DNA of 64,000 nt from Azolla caroliniana (taxonomy: Eukaryota; Plantae; Polypodiophyta), in contig JBHGNT010000014.1 of the NCBI GenBank assembly GCA_043228905.1, forward strand, positions 17,608,001 to 17,672,000, written 5' to 3'. Shown one piece after another: positions 1 to 11,030 of this stretch. The notes under the pieces are model-generated. The model had not been told where the DNA came from, searched no databases, and was given only the letters and a program-made list of their open reading frames with translations. Both the position numbers and the translations under genes were made by a program. Each line of letters opens with the position of its first letter. The first letter of the stretch is position 1.

Positions 1-164
1 TTCATTACCGATATTCCATCTGCCAAAGGTTTTGACATCATTGTCACTGTTGTGCATCGGTTTACTAAGATGACACATTTCCTTCCATGCATAGAGACTA
101 TCAACAATAAAGAGACAACAATTCTTGTTATGCATGAAGGATTTGGACATCATGGCCTTCCCAA
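1..164 (+). pseudogene. Ty3/Gypsy integrase core fragment (outer element, left part)
   Basis: Translates as FITDIPSAKGFDIIVTVVHRFTKMTHFLPC...HHGLP, a Gypsy integrase core. The frame resumes at 6494 (HGLPN-DIINDQD) once the 165-6488 insertion and one CCCAA copy are removed. Confidence 0.85.
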
Positions 165-166
165 TG

Positions 167-957
167 TCATGAAGAGACTATGTACCCCAAAAATTCCACT
201 TGACACTGGTCGAAACTACACTTCTCCAATTTTGCATAGAGACCATATTCTCGTAACCATTGCAAAACTTGGCGAACATGTATCTCATGCTCCTCTTGAG
301 TTTTTGAGTAGATCAAGATATCATCCAAGTAAACTATGATGAAGATATCGAGGAAGTCTCGAAAAATGTCATTCGCCATATGTTGGAAAACTGCTGGTGC
401 ATTCGTGAGACCAAATGACATCACTGTATATTCAAAATGACCATAGCGAGTGCGGAATGCGGTCTTCCATTCATCCCAGGACGAATTCGAACAAGGTTGT
501 AGGCACCTCGAAGATCTAACTTCCTGAAATACTTTGCTCCACTAAGGCATTCTAGAAGGCTTGAGATCAATGGTAGAGCATATCGGTTTCTAATAGTCAC
601 TTTATTCAAGCCCCGATAATCCACGACCATACGAAACGTACCATCTTTCTTCTTAACGAAAAAGATGGGTGCACCAGCAAGAGATCTTGAATGTTGGATA
701 AAACCATTTGCCAGGTTCTCATCTATATATTCTCGAAGAACCTCTAACTCCGTGGGCGAAAGGTTATAAATTGGCCCCCATGGAGGCTCTTTTCTTGGCT
801 GCAAATCAATTGGGCAATCATAGGGTCGATGCTCTAGTAATCTATTAGCCTTCACCTTATCGAACACATCGGAGAATTCTATGTACTTCTTTGGTAATTG
901 GACCCCCAATTCTTGTGAGCTAGATGAGGGAGTTGCTAAAACCGCAAACACTATCAT
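167..957 (-). pseudogene. Gypsy reverse transcriptase (frameshifted, truncated)
   Basis: [80 protein letters not shown] across ORFs 421-957 and 167-424. Confidence 0.92.
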
Positions 958-1116
958 GTCTTCCTTCCTTCCATCCTCTCATAACTGATGTATAGAGATT
1001 GTTGAAATCATGTGGGATCCTAGATCCTTTGTTGGAGTTTCAAGAGACTCGGACTGTACTATGACCTCTTCAATAGTTCTTTTTCTCCAATCAATAGTTG
1101 GGTTATGTAACTCAAA

Positions 1117-1345
1117 CTAAGGAAGGCCAAGAACTAAAGAGTGCTCTGGACTACTAATGATGTTGAATGAGATGATACTAGCCAAATTACCTAGGACTAC
1201 ACAAATTGATTCAGACTCTTCGACTATATCACCTGATGCTATAGGGCGACCATCGATGACTCCTACATCTACTAGGTTCGGGAGCTTGTTCAAGATGATG
1301 TTTTGGGTCAATGCAAACAAGAATTGGCTCCAGAATCTAGGAGGG
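1117..1345 (-). pseudogene. Gypsy aspartic protease remnant
   Basis: VIDGRPIASGDI...FNIISSPEHSLVLGLP followed by W*L(H)NPTIDW-like sequence; lies between gag and RT. Confidence 0.7.
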
Positions 1346-1639
1346 CAAAGGCTAGGACTCGATTACCTGTAGATGTGCTAAGCTTGACTTGTGCAGAAAA
1401 AACTCTACTAACTTGATTTGATGAAATGGAACCACAACTAGGTACAGACTCTACATATCTAGGATGGTCCAACCAAATGGCTCCTATTTTGGCCGGACTT
1501 ATTCGTTTAACACATCCTCTAATTGGCTCAAGACATCAAATCTATTCTCATGGCATGGGTTATTAGGCTTAGTAGTTAAGTTATTAAAAGTGATAGTAGA
1601 ACTCATGGTAGGGTTGTCATGTGCACTTACTTGGTAAAC

Positions 1640-1763
1640 TTGTCGTCTGGGTTTATGTGGACAATTCACAACAATATGTCCTGGACCACCACAATAGAGG
1701 CATAGGTGATGTGGCCGACGTCGTTGTTTCTCAGCATCTGATAAAGGCCCTCGACGTTGTGTT
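1640..1763 (-). pseudogene. Gypsy gag C-terminus with CCHC zinc knuckle
   Basis: Minus-strand reading LSDAEKQRRRPHHLCLYCGGPGHIVVNCP; continues gag from 5717 across the Copia insertion. Confidence 0.85.
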
Positions 1764-2280
1764 TGTTAGGAAACAGGTCCCTCCGGATGGGAAGGGAGAA
1801 AAACAGTACTGATGAGCAAACTCGGTCGAGGCCGATAGGCCGAGGCCGAAACCAGATGTGGAAGACCCAGCTACGGAAGACCCGATGAGAACCGGATGAC
1901 GAGTACCCGGCAAGAGCCGGATGGTGAAGACCCGGCGCGAAACCAGATGAAGAGTACCCGGCTACAGAAGACCCGGTGAGAACCGAATGACGGCAACCCC
2001 GCAACGGAAGACCCGGTGAGAACCGGATGACATGTGCCCGGCAAGCGCCGGATGATGCAGCCCCGGTGAGGAGTGCTCACCGGATGAATGATGCAAGCCC
2101 GGTGAGGAGTGCTCGCCGGATGAAGGGACATATTCGTAAATATGTTCCTGAGAGTCCATCGGGGCTATATTTGTAAATAGCCGGAAAGTCATATTAGTAT
2201 AAATATGACTTAGGGCAAACTTTATGTTCGTAATGTAGTTGTCATTCTTGTTGTGTGCGAGATTAGAGCGCGTAACTGTG

Positions 2281-2314
<34 letters not shown>

Positions 2315-2591
2315 GAGGTCGTTGCCTCTATTGTAACCGCCGCCTGTGGCGAAGACAGTGAACAAGAGGTCGTTGCCTCTGTGTTCATCTATTGTATATT
2401 GTTACATAGTGATAGTTAGCAGTCAGTGGACTGCCGTGGTTTTTTCCCGTGTTTGGGTTTTTTCCACGTAAACATCCTGTGTACTCTTCTCTCCTTTGTG
2501 TCGTGCATACATTCCCCATTTTTCTGTGTTTTATGATTCTAAGCTCGGTTGTGGTCGAGCGTTGCGCATAGGGAGCGTGCAGTTCCTGTCA
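1764..2591 (+). repeat. Copia 5' LTR (828 bp) with internal GC-rich repeat array and (AG)n
   Basis: Matches 5075-5712 apart from extra CCGGATGA/GAAGACCCGG-type repeat units; TATAAAT near 2198. Confidence 0.95.
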
Positions 2592-2594
2592 AAG

Positions 2595-2606
2595 TGGTAT
2601 CAGAGC
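2595..2606 (+). promoter_or_regulatory. Primer binding site (tRNA-iMet)
   Basis: TGGTATCAGAGC 3 nt after the LTR-terminal CA. Confidence 0.92.
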
Positions 2607-2621
2607 GAAACGACACAGAAA

Positions 2622-3380
2622 ATGGACGAATCGTTGGGAGGCATGTTCAAGCTCACCGGCTCCAACTATTCCGTGTGGAAGTCGAAGATGAGGGACATGC
2701 TCGTGGTTAAAGATCTTTGGTTGCCGATTCAGTTCGGGGACAAGAGACCGGACAAAATCGACGCCACGATATGGGAGATGATGCACATGAAGACAACGGC
2801 ATACATACGGTGCTTTATCGACATGAGCCTATACAACGACTTCAATGAAGAGAGCAAGGCTCATGAGCTCTGGGAGAAGATCGGCATTATGTTTCAGAAC
2901 AAAAATGTTGTTAACCAGGTTTCGGTATTCCGGAAGCTAGTAAGACTCTGGTACCAAGATGGCTCCAGCATGGCGGAGCACATGAATGCCTTCCAGGGGC
3001 TGATACACCAGGCAACATCATTGGAAGTACCTCTCGCCGATGAGGTACGAGCACTACTCCTGCTCGATTCCCTCTCGGATAGCTGGGAGACGTTGGTTGT
3101 CACTTTGGGCAACGCCGGGCCGGAAGGGAAACGGTTATCCCTAGCAAGAGTGAAGTCGAGCTTGCTAGATGAGAAGGCGCGTCGGAAAGATAAGGATACG
3201 AGCTCCGACTCCAAAGCGCTCCTTACCGAATCGGAACGCGGAAGACAAAGGAACCGTAGTCCCCAAAACCGGGAGAAGTCGGGGACACGGTCAAAGTCAA
3301 GGGGGAGGTCTACCTGCTTCTATTGCGGCAAGTCGGGACACTTCCAGAAGAACTGTCGGCACTTCCGAAAAGACAAGTAA
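2622..3380 (+). CDS. Copia Gag (UBN2-type, CCHC knuckle), open frame
   Basis: MDESLGGMFKLTGSNYSVWKSKMRDML...LLLDSLSDSWETLV...CFYCGKSGHFQKNC. Confidence 0.85.
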   Translation: MDESLGGMFKLTGSNYSVWKSKMRDMLVVKDLWLPIQFGDKRPDKIDATIWEMMHMKTTAYIRCFIDMSLYNDFNEESKAHELWEKIGIMFQNKNVVNQVSVFRKLVRLWYQDGSSMAEHMNAFQGLIHQATSLEVPLADEVRALLLLDSLSDSWETLVVTLGNAGPEGKRLSLARVKSSLLDEKARRKDKDTSSDSKALLTESERGRQRNRSPQNREKSGTRSKSRGRSTCFYCGKSGHFQKNCRHFRKDK

Positions 3381-3459
3381 ACCGATGGTACCGATTCGAA
3401 GCGGACACCGGACCGAAACGGTAAAGACCGGAGGGGGCCGGACCGGAAGGGAACGACCG

Positions 3460-5064
3460 GATGTAGAGCATGTGCTGCTGACCGATGAGGGGGAGCCAGA
3501 AAGCTTCGAGGAAGCTAAGAGTGACGCCCATAGCCACAAATGGTTTAGTGCCATGCAGGATGAGATGGATTCCCTGCATGAGAACCATACATACGAATTG
3601 GTGGAGTTGCCAAAAGGAAAGCGAGCACTCCGAAACAAGTGGGTGTACAAGTTGAAATTGGGAGATGCCGGCAACCCCCCGAGATACAAAGCCAGGATCG
3701 TGGTGAAGGGGTTCCAGCAAAAGAAGGGCGTGGACTTTGACGAGATATTTGCCTCGGTAGTAAAGATGACCTCCATCCGGATGGTGTTGAGTATAACGGC
3801 AAGCATGGACCTCGAGGTAGAGCAGCTGGACGTGAAGACGACATTCCTTCACGGTGACCTCGAAGAGGAGATCTACATGCAACAACCGGAAGGATTCGTG
3901 GAGAAAGAGAAGGAGCACCTGGTATGCCGGTTGAAGAAGAGCCTGTATGGACTGAAGTAGGCTCCCCGACAATGGTACCGGAAGTTCGACTCCTTCATGA
4001 CCGATCAAGGGTACCACAAGACGCAGGCCGATCACTGCGTGTTTGTGAAGAAGTTTGAAGGAGGCGACTTCCTGATACTCCTTCTGTACGTGGACGACAT
4101 GTTGATCGTCGAACAGGACCAAGCCAAAATACGGATGCTGAAGAAGGCTCTCAATCGAACCTTCGCAATGAAAGACTTGGGTCCGGCAAGACAGATGTTG
4201 GGGATGCATATCATCCGGAACCGGCCAACGAAGCAATTGTGGCTGTCACAGGAGAAATATGTGACAAAGGTGCTTCAGCGGTTCAACATGTTAGAAGCGA
4301 AACCGGTCGGATCGACACTTCCGGCAAACTACAGGTTATCCGATAAGCAAAGCCCAAAGACGAAAGCAGAGAAGGCTGATATGATGAAGGTTCCATATGC
4401 CTCTGCCGTCGGGAGCTTGATGTACGCAATGGTGTGTACCCGACCGGATATAGGATACGCAGTCGGAGTGGTGAGCCGGTTTATGAGCAATCCCGGCAAC
4501 GAGCACTGGAACGCGGTCAAATGGATACTCCGGTACTTGAAGGGCACTTCAAACATGTGTCTCCGATTCGGCTCCGGTAAACCTCAACTTGACAGTTTTA
4601 CCGATTCGGACATATCGGCTGATGTGGATACCAGCCGGTCTACATCCGGGTATGTAATGACATATGTAGGGGGAGCTGTTTCGTGGCAGTCGAGGTTGCA
4701 GAAGACGGTTGCGTTGTCAACCACCGAGGCGGAGTACATGGCGGTTGTGGAAGCCGGCAAGGAAATAATATGGATGAAGGACTTCATCGAAGAGCTCGAT
4801 ATCTGACAAGATGAATATCGGCTCTATTGCGACAGTCAAAGTGCCATCCACCTTGCTAAGAATGCGGCCTACCATTCCCAGACGAAGCATATCCAGCGAA
4901 GGTATCACTGGATCCGAGAAAGAGTAGATGACCAGGAGTTCGCGCTGATGAAGATTCACACGACCGAGAACAGGTCAGATATGCTGACCAAAGTATTGAT
5001 ACCCGACAAGCTGGATGCATGCCGGAAGCGAGTCGGACTAGTAAGACATCCCATGCCGGACTGA
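3460..5064 (+). pseudogene. Copia RT and RNase H with premature stops
   Basis: EPESFEEA, WVYKLK, YKARIVVKGF, QLDVKTTFLHG, LKKSLYGLK* (TAG 3958-3960), LLYVDDMLI, SRSTSGY, ALSTTEAEY; further stop at 4804-4806. Confidence 0.93.
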
Positions 5065-5074
5065 AGGGGGAGTT

Positions 5075-5712
5075 TGTTAGGAAACAGGTCCCTCCGGATG
5101 GGAAGGGAGAAGAACAGTACTGATGAGCAAACTCGGCCGAGGTCAATAGGCCGAGGCCAAAACCGGATGTGGAAGACCCGATGAGAACCGGATGACATGT
5201 GCCCAGCAAGCGCCGGATGATGCAGGCCCGGTGAGGAGTGCTTGCCGGATGAAGGGACATATTCGTAAATATGTTCTTGAGAGTCCATCGGGGCTATATT
5301 TGTAAATAGCCAGAAAGTCATATTAGTATAAATATGACTTAGGGCAAACTTTATGTTCGTAATGTAGTTGTCATTCTTGTTGTGTGCGAGATTAGAGTGT
5401 GTAACTGTGTACAGAGAGAGAGAGAGAGAGAGGAAGAGGTCGTTGCCTCTGTTGTAACCGCCGCCTGTGGCGAAGACAGTGAACAAGAGGTCGTTGCCTC
5501 TGTGTTCATCTATTGTATATTGTTACATAGTGATAGTTAGCAGTCAGTGGACCGCCGTGGTTTTTTCCTGTGTTTGGGTTTTTTCCACGTAAATATCCTG
5601 TGTACTCTTCTCTCCTTTGTGTCGTGCATACATTCCCCGTTTTTCTGTGTTTTATGATTCTAAGCTCGGTTGTGGCCGAGCATTGCGCATAGGGAGCGTG
5701 CAGTTCCTGTCA
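5075..5712 (+). repeat. Copia 3' LTR (638 bp)
   Basis: Follows the PPT; TGTTAGG...CCTGTCA, then TSD GTGTT. Confidence 0.95.
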
Positions 5713-5716
5713 GTGT

Positions 5717-6200
5717 TTACTCTATTTCCATCGGAGTGGGACCATCCCTCGTAACGGGTCTGGGAACTTGTGGCAATGTTGCGACTATTGAAGCATACGT
5801 CTGTTCCGGTTGATGGTGTAGCATTTGTTGACGTTCAGAACGTCGCTCAAATAGGCGATTATCACATCGCACAGCTCGACTAATGGCCTCTGTAAGAGAC
5901 TTTGGATCTTCGTGGAAAGTAAGAAGAAGATCTTTGACATCGTTATGCAAACCCTGACATAATTGATCCATTAAGGCTGCCTCATCCCAAGGGATGTCAC
6001 ATGCCAAGAGACAGAAATCTGCTGCGTAGGCTGATGCGGGACGATCTCCTTGACGAAGTCTTCGAATCTTGTTTATTGCCGTTTTAGTGCTACGGGTGTC
6101 TCCAAAACTAGCTTGAAACTCTTTAACAAATGCCTCGAAATCCTCCAACAATGGTGATTTCTTCTCTAGAAGTGGTGCAAACCAAGCTAATGCGGTACCG
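5717..6200 (-). pseudogene. Gypsy gag (retrotransposon gag domain), 5'-truncated
   Basis: GTALAWFAPLLE..LEDFEAFVKEFQASFGD...LRQGDRPASAYAADF...WDEAALMDQ..QGL..DVKDLL...GPTPMEI. Confidence 0.88.
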
Positions 6201-6488
6201 AATGAGTTGAAACGAATGTATAGACAGTTATTTATAGGTCCTTATGGAGTAATCTAGAATGTTCTAGAATATTTTAGATTTTATGATAAGAAATATAATA
6301 ATGAAATATTAAAGGATGTTCTAGAATAATCTAGAATGTTCTAGAATATTCTAATATATTGTAGTAACTAGAAACATAATTATTATAATCACACAACATA
6401 TATGTTATTACAATGGTTAAGGGTTCAACACATAGACCAAGAAATTGTGGGTTCGATTCTTGATAACCAAAATGTTGTCTTCATGACA
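6200..6488 (-). repeat. Partial Gypsy LTR (U3) with TATA box and heat-shock-element arrays
   Basis: Starts TGTCATGA on the minus strand; CTATAAATA at 6237-6229; alternating GAA/TTC units at 6257-6269 and 6319-6351. Confidence 0.75.
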
Positions 6489-6493
6489 CCCAA

Positions 6494-7330
6494 TGACATC
6501 ATCAATGATCAAGACCTACAATTCATCTCTAAAGTTTGAGAACATTTTCTCGCTCTCTTCCAAATTGATTTTAAAATTTCTTTGAGCGATCATATAGAGA
6601 TTGAGGGCAAACTAAACATGTCAATCAAACATCGAAGAAGTATCTTCATTGTTTCATCAACTACAAACAAGGTGATTGGGTTGACTATTTGCGCTTTGTA
6701 GAGTTTGCTTACAATAATTCAGTTCATTCTTCTACCAAATTTACTTCCTTCTTTGCCAATGAGGGATGTCAATTCTATTGGACAATGATTAAGCATCCAA
6801 AAATCTCGAAAAATGTTGTTGTAGAGGATCCTCTACATCGACTCCAAGAGATTCACATAATGCTCAAGTTACACATAAGAAGTTTGTAGGTTGTCATCAT
6901 CTCTATTGATCACCAAAAGGACCTACATTTTGAGTTGAAGATTGTATATGGCTTTGATGAAGTAATGTAAATACCAGCAAGCCTTGCAACAAGTTGGATT
7001 ATCCATACGTAATATCTAACAAGATCAATGAAGTTGCATTCTGTCTCACTCTCCCTCCTCATATACGTCTTCATTTAGTGTTCATGTGTCAATTTTGGGA
7101 CCAAATGATCTGATCTCTATTCTAGTAGATCATGTCATAACGAAGGTCTAGAATACAAGGTGGAAATTATTTTGGCCATAGTTGCGCGCAAAAAGTTAAA
7201 TTATTTGGTTGATTCATTACATTATACACCTTCTTATCTAACATAGGAGCTTGTTGAGAATCTTACTAATGCTGCAAAACTCGTATAAACTGAATTTCAT
7301 CATCGATATCCAAATAAGTTGAGTCTTAGT
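6494..7330 (+). pseudogene. Gypsy integrase C-terminal half plus chromodomain remnant (outer element)
   Basis: DIINDQDLQFISK, QGDWVDYLRFVEFAYNNSVHSSTKFTSFFAN, then a decayed chromodomain-like EYKVEIIL...NYLVD...ELVENLTNA...EFHHRYP at ~7140-7320. Confidence 0.8.
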
Positions 7331-7959
7331 TCGTGCATTGTGACTCATGGAACTCGTCGTCAAAGAGGATATTTGAAAACTTCAAAGGCATGATAGAGAT
7401 TTAAACCGATGACCTCTTAAAAGAGGATATGCAACATTAACCATTACGATTTAGATCATATTATATAATAATAATATTTTTGTACCTTTCTATAGATTAC
7501 TAAGAATATATATTTAATATAATGAAATGCATGCTTTCATGAATGCCAAGTGGTGAGCATGCATGCCTATGAGGTGGTGAGCATGCATGTGTGCAAAGCA
7601 CGATATATAAAAATGTGTTCGAGTATTGATTGAGATATTCTTGTATCTCTTGTTCTTATTGTTAATAAATTGTCATTACTCCTCATATCTCTTCTCATTC
7701 TCTCTTTAATTTGATATTGTCGTTGGCTATGGGCTTAGCACAAATTGGTGCAATTCCTTATTATGTTGTGTATATATTGTATATGCACCTGCTACTAGAG
7801 TAGGACCACCTAGGACCTGGACCAAGAAAGATGTAATATTGTTGAATAATTCTTCATTAAAGTGGATGATCAAGCGAGATACTTGTAAGTCTTCCTCATG
7901 CTCAATAGTCGCACCTTTTTTAGTGTTGTGTCCTCGTGTGATTAGTTGCCCTTACGTAG

Positions 7960-8335
7960 TGGTCTCCTTTCGTGTGTTTCCTTTGTGGGCATCTTTCATG
8001 TGGTGTATTTAGTGTTGTGTGTTGCTCCCGTGTCATGTGTTACTCTCATCTAGTGTATTGTTCTCCTAATGTATGTCACTCTTGCATGGAGTGTTGCCCT
8101 CATGGCATGTGTCACTCTCATGTTGTGTGGGCTCCTTTCGTGTGTTTCCTTTGTGGGCTTCTTTCATGGGGTGTATTCTATGTTGTGTGTTGATCTCGTG
8201 TCATGTGTTACTTTCATTTAGTTATTGTTCTCCTATTGTATGTTGCTCTTGTATCATGTGTTGCTGTAGTGTTATGTGTCACTCTTGCATGGTGTCTTGC
8301 TCTCATGGCACGTGTCACTCTCATGTTGTGTGTCT
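7960..8335. repeat. Degenerate ~168-bp TG-rich tandem repeat (about 2 copies)
   Basis: CTCCTTTCGTGTGTTTCCTTTGTGGG recurs at ~7964 and ~8132; GTCACTCTTGCATGG at ~8075 and ~8278. Confidence 0.7.
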
Positions 8336-9351
8336 CTCTCTTTGTTATGTGTTCAGCTCCTGGGCTTGTCTCATGAGGTCCTTTTGTGGGCTTGTTTTGG
8401 GTTGTGCCCTCATATTGTCTCATGAGCTTGTCTCCTTAGATTGCCTATTTGTGTCTCTTGCCTTTCTGACCATTTTCACACCTTCTCTTGGCAATATTGC
8501 AAATTGAACCCCTCTTTCCCTTGCAACACAACCACGTAATAATTTGAGAGGGGATTAATTGTTAAGTACCCATTGTATGTAACATGATTCATGAAGACAT
8601 TCACATTGACATAGGTATCGATCTCCAACGAAACATTAGAGAAAAGGGAATATAACAAAACTCCCTTCAAAGCTCTAGATCAAATGGTCACCCACCCTAA
8701 TGTGAAAGTGGCCAAAGCTCGTTTTTAAAAGCTATAAAATCACTTTTGGTGACTTTTGTAGCTCTTAATCCTCTTGGGTTTTATTTCCTCCTACAAATTA
8801 ATCTTGATCTCTCTCCTCCGTCTTCCTTAATCATTCACTTACGCGAGTAGAGTGATTAGGTCTAAGTATTAATTAGATATATTGTAACCACTCCTCCTTT
8901 GTATGTGTGTTGCAAACTCCCAAATTAATCAAGACAGTGTTGATGGTAGCATACATGTTGCTTGTGTTTGTCTTTATGTGTGTATGTTTTCTCCTAATAC
9001 TCAATCCCTTAATCAAGGGTTAATGCAAAGAAGTGCAAATGAGAGCATTCACAAAGTTAAGAGTTGTTGAACTAATGGCTCAAGAGTAATTGACAATAAC
9101 TCTCGCCCTATTCACTATCAATAGGGTATACAATGATTTGTATCCGTTAGCTCATGACATTGATGTCAATGTAGAACTCTGTTGATCAATAGACATGCTC
9201 TCGATGGTGTGCACCTTAAGATGATCCATCTATTTTGGTGTCATTGTCAATGACTAAGACTAACACTTGAAGTTGTTGGTGAACTTTTTGTAAGCTCCCA
9301 AAGCAAGTTCACCAACCTTGGAAGAGACCAAGAGGTGAAATTATTTGTATA

Positions 9352-11030
9352 AATTTTTATTTTTATTTTTTTCTTCAAAGATTTTCCTCATTAGTATTAA
9401 GAAAAACATGTGAATGCTACAGTTTAAGCTTATGTGCCCAAAAGCTTACAATTTTCATGTACAATGATATACAATAATCCTAAGACCAAAGCTAGAACTT
9501 TGTAAACGGTAAATTTATTTATTTCATTTTGCCGTGCTTCACTATTAATCAAGAAAGGGTCCAAGGAAATTGATAGTTCCATTGAGACCCTTGAGTTGAC
9601 TCAGAGAATAGGGGTAACTTTTTCCATAAGTGAAGGAGCTTTTTCTTTCTCTTGTTCACAGTCTCTGGTGAACCCTGCATGTTGTCATACTAGCCACGAA
9701 CTATTGCCACCAAGTTCTCCCATATCTCACGCAAGACAATTGAGAGACACTGATATGTCGCATCATAACGTCGGTTGCATCGACATTTCCATAATGCCCA
9801 TAACGTTATTGTAGTCACTATTTTCCATATCTGAGCAGATCGCACTTGCTTTCGAGGTTGTTGAAAGGGGCTGACCAATATCAATCTTCTATTATGTACC
9901 ATCATTGCCTCTTGAACATCGTTTGCCTCATACAACATCAAACTGGAATGTGACACTCCCCACATTGCTGATCCCCATGAACATAAGCAACCAACATTGA
10001 TTGTTAAAAATAACGAAAGAACTTTATTCCATACTTGTTGAGCCAAGGAACATGATTAAAGGGCATGTTTGGTAGTCTCTTGCGCTTCGTGGCAAAAGTC
10101 ACATTGTCGAAGATTACGTGTTACATTCCCTTTCAATGAGTGACCAACTGGTAAGGCCATATGCACTAATAGCCATCTGAAGAGAATAAATTTAGTTGGC
10201 CCCTTGAATGACCAAATCCATTTCTAGTAGGTTTTCAAATGCAAAGTTAAGACCCCCCAAGTGGTCCAATGCTTCTGAGCTACTGGTATCATTGCATTCT
10301 GAGAAAGCAATAGTGCTCTTCCAAGTTTTACTGAGTATTGAAAGAAAGGAACCTTTATGATATGTTCCCCCAAGGAATGTGACCAAAACCAGCCCCCCGG
10401 ATCCCATGTTAATCTTGCAACCGGGTCTTTTGCATATAACCACAACATATCACACGTATGAGCAATTGTAGGATAAGGATCGAGCATCAATTTCTTTCCA
10501 AATTTAGCAACGACTCTAACTGGTGCACTTCACAAGTGTTGTAGATAACTACACTCTAAGGTGTAAGGTTGTAATGTATGATTGTCTAGGACCTTAAAGT
10601 AAGAAGCGCACCCGTTAGGTGAAACTGCCTTGACAGCCACCAATGTGTCATTTATGAAGCATCCAAACCACATATGTTCCTTCGTGGGTTGAAAGGTTGT
10701 AGAAAACGAAGAATATGATGTTGATATACTAGCGGTCATTATCTTGGCACCATGAACTGATTGTAATTGTGTAAGACGATCTTCTTGTGACATTTGCTGA
10801 AAATGATTCCACGTTCTTACAGATGCAGTAGGCCCATTATCCAATTTTCCCCAGGCAAGGTGAGTTCTTAGGCCCAACACTTTTCCTGCATTATCCCGAA
10901 ATAAAGAATTGGCAAGAAGAGGTTGATTAAGTAGTGCATCCCAAGTAGAAGGCTTGTCCTTAAGCAAGAATGACTTAATCACATCCCATGCCCTCATGAT
11001 TCCTAGCAAAAATCTATTGGATTAAATATT
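9352..11030 (-). mobile_element. 5'-truncated decayed L1-clade LINE (ORF2 C-terminus, zf-RVT region, A-rich tail)
   Basis: QPLLANSLFRDNAGKVLG..LAWGKL parallels the intact L1 ORF2 (QPLFWNPRIRSDDGMMLG..LPWGKM); also WLLVHMALPVG, CDFC..QETTKH and LWALWKCRC; T-rich run at 9352-9372. Confidence 0.8.

Larger units (their letters stand above)
1764..5712 (+). mobile_element. Ty1/Copia LTR retrotransposon lacking protease and integrase, nested in Gypsy gag
   Basis: TG...CA LTRs at 1764-2591 and 5075-5712, TSD GTGTT (1759-1763, 5713-5717), PBS TGGTATCAGAGC (2595-2606), PPT GAAGGGGGAG (5063-5072). Confidence 0.95.
165..6488 (-). mobile_element. Internally deleted Ty3/Gypsy (Tcn1-like chromovirus) element inserted into the outer integrase
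   Basis: Termini TGTCATGAAGA (165) and TCTTCATGACA (ends 6488), 5-bp TSD CCCAA at 160-164 and 6489-6493. On the minus strand it holds a partial LTR (6488-6200), gag, protease and RT remnants. Confidence 0.85.

Noticed and set aside
1775-1856. Possible hammerhead ribozyme in the Copia LTR (GGTC...CTGATGAG...CGAAAC)
   Set aside because: Stem I cannot form next to the core, stem II closure is poor, and the 3' LTR copy reads CCAAAACC instead of CGAAAC.
3297-4236. Long antisense ORFs (308 and 169 aa) over the Copia RT
   Set aside because: Shadow frames of a GC-rich coding strand with no recognisable motifs.
6411-6470. Functional tRNA gene
   Set aside because: No acceptor or anticodon stem pairing; only box-like motifs remain, so it is reported as a tRNA-like LTR segment.
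7972-8507. Cys-rich ORFs resembling metallothionein-like peptides
   Set aside because: They arise from the TG-rich tandem repeat; no splice or domain support.
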